Source: an uncultured Actinomycetes bacterium (GTDB lineage Bacteria > Actinomycetota > Actinomycetes > S36-B12). From it: DNA of 64,000 nucleotides. Numbering within the stretch: position 1 is the stretch's first letter; each line of letters starts with the position of its first letter. Shown piece by piece: positions 11,609 through 21,748 of the stretch. The translations under genes and the position numbers were made by a program. The DNA lies in NCBI GenBank assembly GCA_963777085.1, contig CAVZPI010000033.1, positions 6,633 to 70,632 on the forward strand. Direction: 5' to 3'. A model generated the notes under the pieces. The model was not told the origin of the DNA. It did no database searches and saw only the letters and a program-made list of their open reading frames with translations.

Positions 11609-13191
11609 GGTCGAACCGGCGCTCTCGTCGAGCGTGCGATGCCGAGTCGATCGACGACGAGCAGGACGGCCAGGGTCAGCACCACCAGGACGACTGCGAG
11701 AACGGCCGCGACCCCGTAGGACTGCTCGCCGGGGCGGCTGAGCAGCCGGACGATCTGGACGGGCACGGTCGGGCTGCCGGCGCGGGCGAGGAACGAGGCG
11801 GCGCCGAATTCGCCGAGCGATACGGCGCAGGCCAGCCCGGCGGAGGCCAGCATGACGACGCGCAGCACGGGGCCGTAGGCCGACAGGAAGGCCCTGGTCG
11901 GGGCCGCGCCCAGGGATGCGGCGACCAGCATGGTGCGGGCGTCGGTGGCGCGGAGGGCCGGTGCCACGACGGCGACGACGAGCGGCACGGCCACGAGCGA
12001 GTGCGCGATGGGCACGAGCAGCCCCGTGCCCCTGAGGTCCAGGGGAGGGCGGCCGAAGGCGAGCAAAGTCCCCAGTCCCAGCGTTGCGGAGGAGATCCCC
12101 AGGGGCACGATCGCCAGCAGCGTGATCACGCGCGTGCGGCCGCTCGAGAGGACGGCCACCGCAGCGAGCCCGCCCACGACGCTGGCGACGAGCCCGGCGA
12201 CGAGCGCGTAGCCGAGGGACGTGCCGAGTGCGGCGAGCGGGGACCCGATACGGGTCGTCCCGGCATCCACGGAGCCGAGAGCGCGCCACCAGGCGAGGCT
12301 CCAGCCGCTGCCGGCCCGCAGCGAGCTGGCGACCAGCGCGACGATGGGCGCCAGCACGATGACGTAGGAGACGGTTGCCGTGAGGCGGACGCCCGCCTTG
12401 CCGGTGGCCGTGGCGGCGCGGAGCAGCAGTACCGGTCGCATTCGTCGTCGGATCGCGCGCCGACCCGGCATGCTCCCGGCCAGCAGGATCGCGCTGACCA
12501 GGACGAGCTGGATGACGGCCGTCGCGGCCGCGCCCTGGAAGTCCAGGAGCACCGATGTCTGCCTGAGGATCTGGGACTCCAGCGTGCGGGTCGTGGAGTC
12601 TCCGAGCAGAAGGACGATCCCGAGCGACGTGAACGAGAAGACGAAGACCACGGCGGCACTGGAGGCGATGGCCGGTCGAAGGCTCGGCAGCGTGACGGTG
12701 CGGAAGGCCTGCCAGCGGGTGGCGCCCAGCGTCCGGGCCACGCTCTCGTACCCCGAGTCGTGCTGCGCCCACTGCGACCCGACGATCCGCGCGACCACCG
12801 CGAGATTGACGTACGCGTGTGCGATCACCACGAGCGCGAATCCCTGGGGCACCCCGGGACCGAGCAGGCTCCGGAACGCGAGGGCGACGACCACGGTCGG
12901 CAGCACGAACGGCACCGTGACGAGGGCCTGTGCCAGCGCGCGCCCCCGGAAGCGATACCTCGACACGACATTGGCGATCGGCAGCCCGACCAGCAGGGCG
13001 ATGGCGGTGCTCGTCAGCGCCTGAAGGCTCGCGAGCCAGGCGACCTGCCAGGCCCGCGGGGAGAGCAGCTGCGTCACTCCCTCGATCGAGCCGACGCGCG
13101 CGCCCAGGACCGCCAGCGGGTAGGCGAGGAAGACCGCCAGGAAGGCGGCCGGCGGCAGCCAGGCCCAGTGCAGCCAGCGGGGAGCGTTCAG
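11605..13191 (-). CDS. thiP: Thiamine ABC transporter permease (start approximate)
   Basis: Duplicated permease domain with EAA-like loops (ARTLGA, AASLGA); lies between binding protein and ATPase. Confidence 0.88.
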   Translation of the reverse strand: MNAPRWLHWAWLPPAAFLAVFLAYPLAVLGARVGSIEGVTQLLSPRAWQVAWLASLQALTSTAIALLVGLPIANVVSRYRFRGRALAQALVTVPFVLPTVVVALAFRSLLGPGVPQGFALVVIAHAYVNLAVVARIVGSQWAQHDSGYESVARTLGATRWQAFRTVTLPSLRPAIASSAAVVFVFSFTSLGIVLLLGDSTTRTLESQILRQTSVLLDFQGAAATAVIQLVLVSAILLAGSMPGRRAIRRRMRPVLLLRAATATGKAGVRLTATVSYVIVLAPIVALVASSLRAGSGWSLAWWRALGSVDAGTTRIGSPLAALGTSLGYALVAGLVASVVGGLAAVAVLSSGRTRVITLLAIVPLGISSATLGLGTLLAFGRPPLDLRGTGLLVPIAHSLVAVPLVVAVVAPALRATDARTMLVAASLGAAPTRAFLSAYGPVLRVVMLASAGLACAVSLGEFGAASFLARAGSPTVPVQIVRLLSRPGEQSYGVAAVLAVVLVVLTLAVLLVVDRLGIARSTRAPVRP

Positions 13192-14348
13192 CGGCCCATC
13201 ACCGTGCCCCACCGGGCGAGCCACTCGGGCAGGTTGTCCGCCACGTCCTGGGGATCGAGCTGGAGGGGCTGCGGGACGACCGCGGCGAACTTCGTGAAGA
13301 CGTCCGGCAGGGGCACCCCGGACCGGGCCGGGAACACGAACATCGACAGGGGCACGTCGGCCTGGACCGGCGCCGAGATCAGCCAGTCGACGACCTCCTG
13401 CGCGCCGACCGGGTTGGCCGCCCCCGCGAGGACCCCCGCGTACTCGACCTGCCGGTAGCACCCGTCGGTCAGCACCGACGTCGACGGCTTGCTCGGCTTG
13501 GGATCAGCGGCGTACACGATCTCGGCCGGCGGGCTGGTCGCGTAGGACACGACCAGCGGTCGGTCGCCCTTGCCGCCGCCTGCGGTGAAGTCGCCCATGT
13601 AGGCATCCGTCCAGGAGGACGCGACCTGCACGCCGTTGGCATCCAGCGACGTCCAGTAGTCCGGCCATCCGTCGCCGTACCGTGCGATTGTCGCGAGCAG
13701 GAAGGCGAGTCCGGGCGAGGACGTACCCGGGTCCTCGACGACCAGCAGGTCGCGGTACTCGGGCTTGATGAGGTCGTCCAGCGTGGCCGGGGCGGGGATA
13801 CCGGCGTCGGCGAAGTAGCCGTCGTCGACGTTCACGCAGACGTCGCCGTAGTCGACCGCCGTGACGGTCCCGCCCGCAGTGTCGTCCGCGAACGGCGGGG
13901 CCAGGGCCGACGCGTCGGGCGAGCCATACGGTGCGAAGACGCCGGCCGACGACGCCCGGGAGATCAGGGTGTTGTCGACGCCGAACAGCACGTCGGCGCT
14001 CGGCGCTCCCGCCGCGAGGATCGCGCCGGCCACCATCGTCCCGGCGTCACCCGCCGTGACCACCTCGAGGGTCATGCCGGTGGCCTTCTCGAAGTCGGCC
14101 TTCAGCGCGTCGCTCACGACGAAGGAGTCGTGGGCGAGGAGCGTGACCTTGCCGGGGAGCGGGCTGCCCTCCGGCAAGGCGGTCGGCGTCGACGCGCTGG
14201 GCGGCTCGGGCTGGGTCGACACGCCGGGCGGCTCGGGCTGGGTCGACACGCCGGGCGATGCGGCCTGGCCTCCGCCGCATGCGGCCAGTGCGGCCATCGC
14301 GGTCGCCGTCAGGAGTACGGACAGGGCACGGGATCTCATCTTCATCAT
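13188..14348 (-). CDS. thiB: Thiamine ABC transporter substrate-binding lipoprotein
   Basis: Lipobox LAAC; HDSF, GDAG, GVDN, TSSPG, SYATSP, CYRQVE motifs. Confidence 0.93.
   Translation of the reverse strand: MMKMRSRALSVLLTATAMAALAACGGGQAASPGVSTQPEPPGVSTQPEPPSASTPTALPEGSPLPGKVTLLAHDSFVVSDALKADFEKATGMTLEVVTAGDAGTMVAGAILAAGAPSADVLFGVDNTLISRASSAGVFAPYGSPDASALAPPFADDTAGGTVTAVDYGDVCVNVDDGYFADAGIPAPATLDDLIKPEYRDLLVVEDPGTSSPGLAFLLATIARYGDGWPDYWTSLDANGVQVASSWTDAYMGDFTAGGGKGDRPLVVSYATSPPAEIVYAADPKPSKPSTSVLTDGCYRQVEYAGVLAGAANPVGAQEVVDWLISAPVQADVPLSMFVFPARSGVPLPDVFTKFAAVVPQPLQLDPQDVADNLPEWLARWGTVMGR
14199..14257. repeat. 27-bp perfect tandem duplication in thiB linker (PGVSTQPEP x2)
   Basis: ggcggctcgggctgggtcgacacgccg at 14200-14226 and 14227-14253. 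Confidence 0.9.
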
Positions 14349-14440
14349 TCCTCCGCTGGCATTACCCAGATCAGGTTCATGGGTCGGCAGCAGCGACTGC
14401 CCTCTCAGCCCGCCGATCTCGCGAGCTCCCCGGATGAGGA
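14349..14440 (-). ncRNA. TPP riboswitch
   Basis: Minus strand GGGGAGC...GGCTGAGAGG...GACCC-ATGAACCTGATCTGGGTAATGCCAGCGGAGG immediately upstream of thiB; SD lies in the 3' end of the aptamer. Confidence 0.96.
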
Positions 14441-14496
14441 CAGGGTAGTCCTGCCGCGATGGTGCTACAGGCGGCGGGCTCTGGGAGGCTGTGCCC

Positions 14497-14940
14497 ATGG
14501 AGGACACGGATCGGCAGATCATCGGCCTGCTGTGTGCCGACGGACGCATGTCGCTGGCGGACATCGCGCGCGAGACCGGGCTCTCGACGTCGGCGCTGCA
14601 CCAGCGGGTGCGCCGCCTCGAGCAGCGCGGCCTCATCACCGGCTACCGAGCGGAGGTGGACTACCGCGCCGTCGGCCTGCCGCTGACGGCTTTCGTCTCG
14701 CTGACGCCGATCGACCCGGCCGCTCCGGACGATGTTCCCGAGCGGCTGCGTGCGATCCCCGACATCGAGGCCTGCTGGTCGGTCGCCGGTGCCGAGGCCT
14801 ACATCCTCAAGGTGCGAGTGGTCGAGCCGGCCGACCTCGAGGCGCTGCTGGCCCGCATCCGGGCGACGGCCAATGTGTCCACGCGAACCACGATCGTCCT
14901 CTCGACTCCGTTCGAGAGCCGTCCGCCACAGCTTCCATAG
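14497..14940 (+). CDS. Lrp/AsnC family transcriptional regulator
   Basis: DRQII..L..DGRMSLADIA..GLS..HQRVRRLE..G HTH plus RAM domain. Confidence 0.93.
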   Translation: MEDTDRQIIGLLCADGRMSLADIARETGLSTSALHQRVRRLEQRGLITGYRAEVDYRAVGLPLTAFVSLTPIDPAAPDDVPERLRAIPDIEACWSVAGAEAYILKVRVVEPADLEALLARIRATANVSTRTTIVLSTPFESRPPQLP

Positions 14941-14975
14941 TCGGATCACCACCGCGTTCCGACTAGCCTCTGGAC

Positions 14976-15476
14976 ATGGCAGACAACACGAACTCGGCCT
15001 TCACCTTGCCTGACGACTGGACGCCGGTGTCGGCCCGGCTGACCACGGCACGAAGGCTCTCGCTCGTCCTTGCCTACTCTCTCGTCGTGGCAGGGGTGGT
15101 CGCGCTCTTCCTGATCCCGGACGTCCCTGCAATCGTGGCCTACGTGGGTGCGGGGGCGGCCGTGATCGTGTTCATGTGGCTGTGGTGGCTGATCGGGCGG
15201 CGCGTGCGATCGTTCGGCTACTCCGAGCGGGGCAACGACCTCCTCGTGACGAGCGGGATCATGTTCCGACGGCTCGTCATCGTGCCGTACGGCCGCATGC
15301 AGCTGGTCGACGTGAAGGCGGGGCCCATCGACCGGTGGCTGGGCGTGACCACGGTCCAGCTGCACACCGCGGCGGCCACGACCGACGCGGCCATCCCGGG
15401 CCTGGAGCCGCACGTGGCGGCGGCGTTGCGCGATCGCCTCGCCGGTCGCGGTGAGCAGAGGACCACGGGGCTGTGA
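14976..15476 (+). CDS. YdbS-like bacterial PH domain membrane protein
   Basis: Two TM helices then VPYGRMQLVDVKAGPIDRWLG...HTAA. Confidence 0.88.
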   Translation: MADNTNSAFTLPDDWTPVSARLTTARRLSLVLAYSLVVAGVVALFLIPDVPAIVAYVGAGAAVIVFMWLWWLIGRRVRSFGYSERGNDLLVTSGIMFRRLVIVPYGRMQLVDVKAGPIDRWLGVTTVQLHTAAATTDAAIPGLEPHVAAALRDRLAGRGEQRTTGL

Positions 15477-16894
15477 GCCTGCCACCGCAGGAACCCTCGC
15501 AACCGGGCACGCCTGCCCCCTCCAACGTGGGGGACGACCTCGGCCTGGGCCTGACTCTGCCGGGCGGTGGCCCGGTCGACGCCGTGGGGCGGCGACACGC
15601 GCACCCCATCACCCCCCTGGTGCACGGGGTCAGCGCCCTGCCCGTCGGCTTCATCCTCGTGATCGCCTTCGGCGGCGGGGCGGTGCCTGCCCTGGGAGCC
15701 GGCGCCGTTCCCGTCTTCATCGTCCTCCTCCTCCTGCTGCCCGCGCTGGTGGGCGGCTGGTCCTATCTGGGCTGGCGCAACCTGCGGTACTGGTTCGACG
15801 AGGACGGCGACTTCCGGGTCGACTCGGGTGTGCTCACCAAGCAGCAGCGCAGGCTGCAGCTGAGCCGACTGCAGTCCGTCGACGTCGCCCAGCCGCTGGT
15901 GGCCCGGCTCTTCTCGATGGCCGAGGTGAGCGTCGAGGTGGCGGGCACCCGGGACTCACGGGTGAAGCTGCAGTTCCTGCAGCTCTCGGACGCCCGGGCG
16001 TTGCGCAGCGAGGTCCTGGCGCGGGCTGCGGGCCTGCGGCACGACGTCGGCGAGGCGCCCGAGGCGCCGATCGCGAGCGTGACGCCGCGGGATCTCGCCG
16101 TGTCGCTGGTCATGCGGACCGCCACCGCCGGGCTCCTGCTGCTCACTGCCGTGATCGTCGTCGGGACGGTGTGGTCCAGTGGGTGGGGCGGCCTCGGCAT
16201 CGCCGTCATCACGGGCGGCCTGCCGATCCTCCTCGTCGTCAGCGAGTTCATCAAGTACTTCAACTTCACCGTGAGCACCTCGCCGGACGGCCTGCGCCTG
16301 CGCTTCGGGCTGGCCAGGACGGAGACCCGCACGGTGCCCCCGGGCCGGGTCCAGGCCATCGAGTTCGTCGAGCCCCTGCTCTGGCGACGGTGGGGCTGGG
16401 TGCGCCTCCGGGTCAACATCGCCGGTGCGGGTCAGGAGGACTCCGGCGGGAAGCGGGAGGAGACGATCCTCATCCCGGTCGCGACGCGCGCCGTCGCGGA
16501 CGAGCTCGTCGCGCTGGTGCTCCCGGGCATGGACCTCGGCGCCCTCCAGTGGCACGCCGCCCCTGCCCGCAGCCGCGGGCGCTCCCCGATCCAGTGGCAC
16601 CGTCTCGCGGTGGCGTGGGACGGTGCCGTGTTCGCGACGCGGCGTGGCCGGGTGACCCGCCGGCTCACGGTGATCCCGCACGCGCGCACGCAGTCGGTCC
16701 GCTGGACGCAGGGTCCGTGGGAACGGGCCCTGTCGCTGGCGAGCATCCATGTGGACTCCACCCCGGGGCCGGTGACCGTGTCGGGCCTGCACCTGGACGC
16801 CGAGGTCGCCGGCAGGGTCGCCTTCGAGCAGGCGCAGCGTGCCGAGAGGGGTCGGGCGTCGGATCGATCGACGCGCTGGTTCGCAGGGGGGTAG
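15473..16894 (+). CDS. YdbT-like multi-PH-domain membrane protein
   Basis: Three repeats of RLQSV/RVQAI/RTQSV PH motifs; GTGA overlap with upstream gene. Confidence 0.88.
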   Translation: MSLPPQEPSQPGTPAPSNVGDDLGLGLTLPGGGPVDAVGRRHAHPITPLVHGVSALPVGFILVIAFGGGAVPALGAGAVPVFIVLLLLLPALVGGWSYLGWRNLRYWFDEDGDFRVDSGVLTKQQRRLQLSRLQSVDVAQPLVARLFSMAEVSVEVAGTRDSRVKLQFLQLSDARALRSEVLARAAGLRHDVGEAPEAPIASVTPRDLAVSLVMRTATAGLLLLTAVIVVGTVWSSGWGGLGIAVITGGLPILLVVSEFIKYFNFTVSTSPDGLRLRFGLARTETRTVPPGRVQAIEFVEPLLWRRWGWVRLRVNIAGAGQEDSGGKREETILIPVATRAVADELVALVLPGMDLGALQWHAAPARSRGRSPIQWHRLAVAWDGAVFATRRGRVTRRLTVIPHARTQSVRWTQGPWERALSLASIHVDSTPGPVTVSGLHLDAEVAGRVAFEQAQRAERGRASDRSTRWFAGG

Positions 16895-16906
16895 TCGCCC
16901 CGGCGC

Positions 16907-17953
16907 CTAGCTCGCGGCAGACATCTGTGCTGCGATCGCCGCCGCGAAGCCGTCGACATCCGCCTCCGTGGTGTCCCAGGCGCACATCCACCGCACCTCG
17001 CCGGTCACCTGGTCCCACACGTAGAAACGGAAGCTCTCCTGCAGTCGAGCGGTGACATCCGCGGGCAGGATCGCGAAGACGGCATTGGCCTGGGTCGGGC
17101 GGACGACGGTGACTCCCGGTATCCCGAGCACGAGCGACTCGAGTCGCCTGGCCATCGCGTTGGAGTGCTCGGCGTTCCTGCGCCACAGGTCGTCGGTCAG
17201 CAGGGCGAGCAGCTGGGCGCTGACGAAGCGCATCTTGCTCGCGAGCTGCATCGAGGACTTGCGCAGGAAGGCGACACCCGGAGCGGCCTGGGGGTCCAGG
17301 ACGATGACGGCCTCCCCGAGCATCAGGCCGTTCTTGGTGCCGCCGAAGGAGAGCGCGTCGACCCCGGCATCGGTGGTGAACGCTCGCAGGTCCGTGCCCA
17401 GCGCGGCCGCCGCGTTGGAGATGCGAGCGCCGTCGAGATGCACCCCCATGCCCAGCCCGTGCGCGTGCGCGGTGATGGCGGCGATCTCGTCGACCGTGTA
17501 GAGGGTGCCCAGTTCCGTCGACTGCGCGATCGTGACGGCTCCCGGCTGGGCCCGGTGCACGTCGCCGAATCCCCAGGCCTGGGTGTCGATGAGCGCGGGC
17601 GTCAGCTTGCCGTCGGTGGTCGGGACGGTCCACAGCTTGAGCCCTGCGCCCTTCTCAGGCGCCCCGCCCTCGTCGACGTTCACGTGCGCGGTCGCCGCGC
17701 ACACGACCGCCTCCCACCGCCGGGTCATGGCCTGCAGCGCCACGACGTTCGCGCCCGTGCCGTTGAAGACGGGGAACACCTCTGCCGCCGGTCCGAAGTG
17801 GTCCTTGACCGCGTCGGCGAGGGCTGCCGTCACGTCGTCGTCGCCATACGCCACCTGGTGGCCGACGTTCGCGCGAGCGATCGCCTCGAGGACCTCGGGA
17901 TGGATGCCGGCGTAGTTGTCGCTGGCGAAGCCGCGCCAGGTGGTGGATGTCAT
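16907..17953 (-). CDS. ltaE: Low-specificity L-threonine aldolase
   Basis: FASDNY, NGTGAN, HLDGAR, GGTKNG PLP-lysine motif. Confidence 0.93.
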   Translation of the reverse strand: MTSTTWRGFASDNYAGIHPEVLEAIARANVGHQVAYGDDDVTAALADAVKDHFGPAAEVFPVFNGTGANVVALQAMTRRWEAVVCAATAHVNVDEGGAPEKGAGLKLWTVPTTDGKLTPALIDTQAWGFGDVHRAQPGAVTIAQSTELGTLYTVDEIAAITAHAHGLGMGVHLDGARISNAAAALGTDLRAFTTDAGVDALSFGGTKNGLMLGEAVIVLDPQAAPGVAFLRKSSMQLASKMRFVSAQLLALLTDDLWRRNAEHSNAMARRLESLVLGIPGVTVVRPTQANAVFAILPADVTARLQESFRFYVWDQVTGEVRWMCAWDTTEADVDGFAAAIAAQMSAAS

Positions 17954-18663
17954 GACCGCGAGTATTCCGTAGACGAGAGGTCGATCCGCGCACCGTTGGC
18001 CACCTCGCCCTTGGCGAGCGTGGCCACGGTCTCCGCGAGGGTGTCGACATGGGTGTATCCGGACCACTGCCTGTCCGGCTGCGCGGCGATCATGTCGTAC
18101 GTGAGCAGGGCTTTGACGGCCAGCGTGACCGCAGCCGCCGGGCTCTGCGAGAAGTGCTGCGCGACTCCGCCCATCCAGGCCTCCGCGGCCGCCTTCGCCG
18201 CGACGTAGGCGATGTTGCCGGCCGTGGGGCTGGCGACGGCGGTGCTCGTCACCATGAAGACGCGTCCGGCGGGAGCGGCCTTCACGTCGTCGCCGAAGGC
18301 CGCGGTCACGGTGGCGAGCGTGCCGACGATGGGGGGATGCAGTGCGGTCCAGTTCTCGACGGACTCCCGGCCGAGGCTCTTGGAGCCGCGCCAGCCGCCG
18401 ACGAGGTGGACCAGGACGTCCATGCCTCCCAGGGAGCCGGCGAGTCGGTCGCGAAGGGCGCTGACCGCGTCGAAGTCGAGGAGGTCCATGCCGTGGGCCT
18501 CCGCCGAGTGCCCCTCGGCGAGCAGGGGAGCCACGGCGGCCTCGGCGGCCTCCGGGCGGGAGTCCACGACGACCACGTGGAAGCCGCGTCCGGACAGGGA
18601 CCGGGCGCACGCCGCTCCGGCCGCTCCGGCCCCGGCCACCAGCGCGGCCCTGGGGGCGTTCAT
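17950..18663 (-). CDS. SDR family oxidoreductase
   Basis: VAGAGAAG Rossmann motif, YVAAK (YxxxK), HLVGGWRG. Confidence 0.88.
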   Translation of the reverse strand: MNAPRAALVAGAGAAGAACARSLSGRGFHVVVVDSRPEAAEAAVAPLLAEGHSAEAHGMDLLDFDAVSALRDRLAGSLGGMDVLVHLVGGWRGSKSLGRESVENWTALHPPIVGTLATVTAAFGDDVKAAPAGRVFMVTSTAVASPTAGNIAYVAAKAAAEAWMGGVAQHFSQSPAAAVTLAVKALLTYDMIAAQPDRQWSGYTHVDTLAETVATLAKGEVANGARIDLSSTEYSRS

Positions 18664-20765
18664 GCCGTGATCCCTGCGGTGGCCGCGATGGTCGCGGAGA
18701 GCTGGCGCTGCAGGGAGTCGTAGAAGACGTTGAGGGGGAACTCGTCGGGCAGGGCGGCCTCGACGAGATCGCGGGCCTCGCCTTCGACGGGCAGGCCGGC
18801 TGCGCCCTTGGCCCACGCGGAGGCCGGATGCGGCTCCACGAGGCTGCTGACGAACTGATGGACGGCGATCCACTGCGCGGTCCGTGAGCGGTCGATACCC
18901 GCCCGATAGAGCCCCTCGACCTCGTCGCACAGCCGGACCATCGAGGCGGTCAGTCGCGACCAGTCGATCGTCAGCATGTTGTCGGTCCAGCGCAGCACGT
19001 CATCGCGATGCAGCCAGGCGAAGATGACCTGGCCCCCCAGCGCGTCGTAGTTGCGCGTGCGCCCCCCGGTGATCGTGAAGCGGAAGAGGCGGTCGAAGAC
19101 GATCGCATGCCGGATGAACCGGCCCAGATGCGGGCCACGCTGGTCGAGCACCAGCGTCTCGCGGTACGTCGCGAGGTCGCAGCGCAGCTCCTCGAGCGCA
19201 TACATCCAGTACGGCATTCGCTGCTTGATCATGAAGGGATCGAACGGCAGGTCACCGTGGCTGTGCGTGCGATCGTGGATGAGGTCCCACAGCACGAACG
19301 TCTCCTGCGCCAGGCGCTGGTCGTTGAGCAGGAGGTCGACGTCGGGGGGCAGGGAGAGCCGGAGGGTGTCGGAGCTCGCGCGGGCCACCATGCGGAAGCG
19401 CGCGGCCTCGCGATCGCAGAAGATCCCGCCCCAGTGGAACTCCGGTGTGGCACTGGTGGCGACGGTCTCGGGGAAGAGGACGGCGGAGTGGGTGTCGTAG
19501 CCCCTGGTGAATCCGACGAACTCGATCGGCACGAAGGCAGCATTGTCGTAGGACGAGGCCTCCTGCTCGGCCAGCCAAGCGGGCCAGAAGGTGCGCGTCA
19601 CGACGGCCTCGAAGTTGCGGTCGAGGTTGCCGTTCTGCGTGTACATCGGGAACACGGCCAGGTGCTCGATGCCGTCCTCGCGGCGGAGGTCAGGGCGGAA
19701 CAAGGTGAGCGACGCCAGGAAGTCGGGCACGGCGAAGCCAGCGGTCGCCCAGGCCTGCAGGTCGACGATGGTGGCCGCGAGGTGGTCGGCCTGATGGGGG
19801 AACCGCGGGGCGAGGTCGGCGATGGCCGAGACCATGGCATCGACGTGTCCGCGGGCGACGTCGGCCGAATGGATCGAGAGGTCGATGGAGCCGTCCTTCG
19901 ACTGCAGTGGGCGCAGCGACTCGACTGCGTCGTCGAGGTTCGCCCATGCGACGTCGTCGGCAATCCATGACGGGGAGGAGTCGCTCGGCTGTGCGTTCTC
20001 GGCACGACCGCCTGCGGCCCATGCGATGACGTTCAGCCACAGTCTTCGGTGGTCGAACTCGTCGATCGAATCGTCGCCGAACAGGTCCGAGTCCGAGCTG
20101 ACGACGACGCGGCCCGCTGTCGTGGTGCTGGTCATCAGGAGCCCGGCACGGGCCGGATCGGCCTGCGACGAGGTGCGGGCCACCGACTCAAGGCGGACCA
20201 CGTCGGCCGAGTCGAACTCCCGCAGGGTGCCGGCCCGGTAGAAGCAGGCCTGCGAGACCTCGGCGGTGAGGTCGTGCCTCGGTCCGCGGACGAGATCGGC
20301 CAGCACCCAGGTGGGCACGCCCTTGTGCGAGTGGGTCGGGTCCTGGACGGTGGTGTTGTCGATGACGATCCCGAACCGGACGGCGAGCTCGGCGAGGTTG
20401 TTCCCGTACTTCGCCTGCTCCGTCTCGGCGAGGATCACCAGCCCGCCGCCCGAGAGGACGAAGCGCTCGATCGCCTCGAATTCGTCTGATGTCAGCCAGG
20501 GCGAACCGATCCCGGTGGTGTGCTCCCAGGTGTCTGTCGCCGCGTGCGGGATCACGAGCACGTCGACGTCGGCGAGCGCAGCGTCGTCGAGGGCACCCTC
20601 GGCCTGCACCCGCACGGTGAAGCCGGCCTTGACGATCGAGGCGGCGGCCTGCGCGTACGACGCATCCGCAGGGTTGACGGTGTTCATCCGGGCAGCGATG
20701 TCGGGTCGTGTGGACCATGCCTGGCGGTGCGACTCGTCGACGAGGACGCGGGCGATCGGGCGCAT
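18660..20765 (-). CDS. GATase-like N-terminal domain fused to DUF6421-like putative metalloprotein
   Basis: VLVDESH...FVLSGGGLVILAE...DSDLFGDD N-terminal domain; FPMYTQNG, SAVLFPE, WDLIHDRTH, EELRCD C-terminal domain. Confidence 0.78.
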   Translation of the reverse strand: MRPIARVLVDESHRQAWSTRPDIAARMNTVNPADASYAQAAASIVKAGFTVRVQAEGALDDAALADVDVLVIPHAATDTWEHTTGIGSPWLTSDEFEAIERFVLSGGGLVILAETEQAKYGNNLAELAVRFGIVIDNTTVQDPTHSHKGVPTWVLADLVRGPRHDLTAEVSQACFYRAGTLREFDSADVVRLESVARTSSQADPARAGLLMTSTTTAGRVVVSSDSDLFGDDSIDEFDHRRLWLNVIAWAAGGRAENAQPSDSSPSWIADDVAWANLDDAVESLRPLQSKDGSIDLSIHSADVARGHVDAMVSAIADLAPRFPHQADHLAATIVDLQAWATAGFAVPDFLASLTLFRPDLRREDGIEHLAVFPMYTQNGNLDRNFEAVVTRTFWPAWLAEQEASSYDNAAFVPIEFVGFTRGYDTHSAVLFPETVATSATPEFHWGGIFCDREAARFRMVARASSDTLRLSLPPDVDLLLNDQRLAQETFVLWDLIHDRTHSHGDLPFDPFMIKQRMPYWMYALEELRCDLATYRETLVLDQRGPHLGRFIRHAIVFDRLFRFTITGGRTRNYDALGGQVIFAWLHRDDVLRWTDNMLTIDWSRLTASMVRLCDEVEGLYRAGIDRSRTAQWIAVHQFVSSLVEPHPASAWAKGAAGLPVEGEARDLVEAALPDEFPLNVFYDSLQRQLSATIAATAGITA

Positions 20766-20868
20766 GGCGACTCCTGGAAACGCTCGGCAGGGAGGGGATT
20801 TTGTGCGGATTCGACGCTACCAGAAAGGACAATCACCGTGCACCGCCGAAGGGCGCCGATGGATGTCC

Positions 20869-21075
20869 TCAGGCCGGCCGGCCCGCCCGGAGCCGCCGCA
20901 CGGTGTACGTCATGGCGGCGACGATGGCCAGGAGCATGGCCCCCAGCGCGAACGTCACGGCGTCCCAGCCCATCGCCCCGGCGCGGATCACGAAGGCCGC
21001 TGCCATCATCAGCGCGGCGAAGCCCTGGAGGAACAGGGAGAACCTCAGCAGTCGCCGGGTCGCGTCGTCGAGCAC
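20869..21075 (-). CDS. Small two-TM hypothetical protein
   Basis: 68 aa from GTG, two hydrophobic helices, GC3-rich codons. Confidence 0.55.
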   Translation of the reverse strand: MLDDATRRLLRFSLFLQGFAALMMAAAFVIRAGAMGWDAVTFALGAMLLAIVAAMTYTVRRLRAGRPA

Positions 21076-21136
21076 GTGGCCATCCTGCCAAACGAGGCGC
21101 GCGGGCGACGCACGCGGAGGCGACGCGCTGCCTGCG

Positions 21137-21748
21137 CTACCCGTGCTCGGCCATGCTGCTGGCATTCCAGCAGGCGATGACCGGCTGCTCGCGCTCGTGC
21201 CCGAGTGCGGACAGCCGGGCCGGGTCCAGCGTGAACAGCCGGCCTTCGACGGCCGGCAGTCCCAGCCAAGTCGCGGTCAGGATGCGCAGGACGTGCGCGT
21301 GGGCCACGAGCATGCAATCGCCTCCGTCCGCGAGGACGGGCTGGCACTGCCCGATCACGCGCGTCACGCGCCGCGCGATGTCGTCGAGTTGCTCGCCTGG
21401 CGTCCGCCCGGCCGGCACCCGGTGGTCCCAGATGACCCACGCCGGGTCGCCGAGCTCGAGGCGGATATCAGCCGTGGTCCGGCCCTCCCAGGCGCCGTAG
21501 TCCCACTCGAGCAGGTCGGGGGTGAACTCGTCGGGGGTCAGGCCGGCCCGACGGGCCGTCTCCCGGGCGCGCACGAGTGGGCTGCACAGCACCAGGCCGG
21601 GCTGCAGCGCCGCCAGCTCCTCGGACAGCGCGTCGGCGAGCCGCTCACCTCGAGGGGTCAGCGGCAGGTCGGTGCGGCCCGTGTGCCTCCCGGCGCGGCT
21701 CCACTCGGTCTCCCCGTGCCTGATGAGCCAGATACGTGGCGCGGTCAT
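21137..21748 (-). CDS. Histidine phosphatase family protein
   Basis: RHGETEWS, EWDYG, AHAH motifs. Confidence 0.93.
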   Translation of the reverse strand: MTAPRIWLIRHGETEWSRAGRHTGRTDLPLTPRGERLADALSEELAALQPGLVLCSPLVRARETARRAGLTPDEFTPDLLEWDYGAWEGRTTADIRLELGDPAWVIWDHRVPAGRTPGEQLDDIARRVTRVIGQCQPVLADGGDCMLVAHAHVLRILTATWLGLPAVEGRLFTLDPARLSALGHEREQPVIACWNASSMAEHG

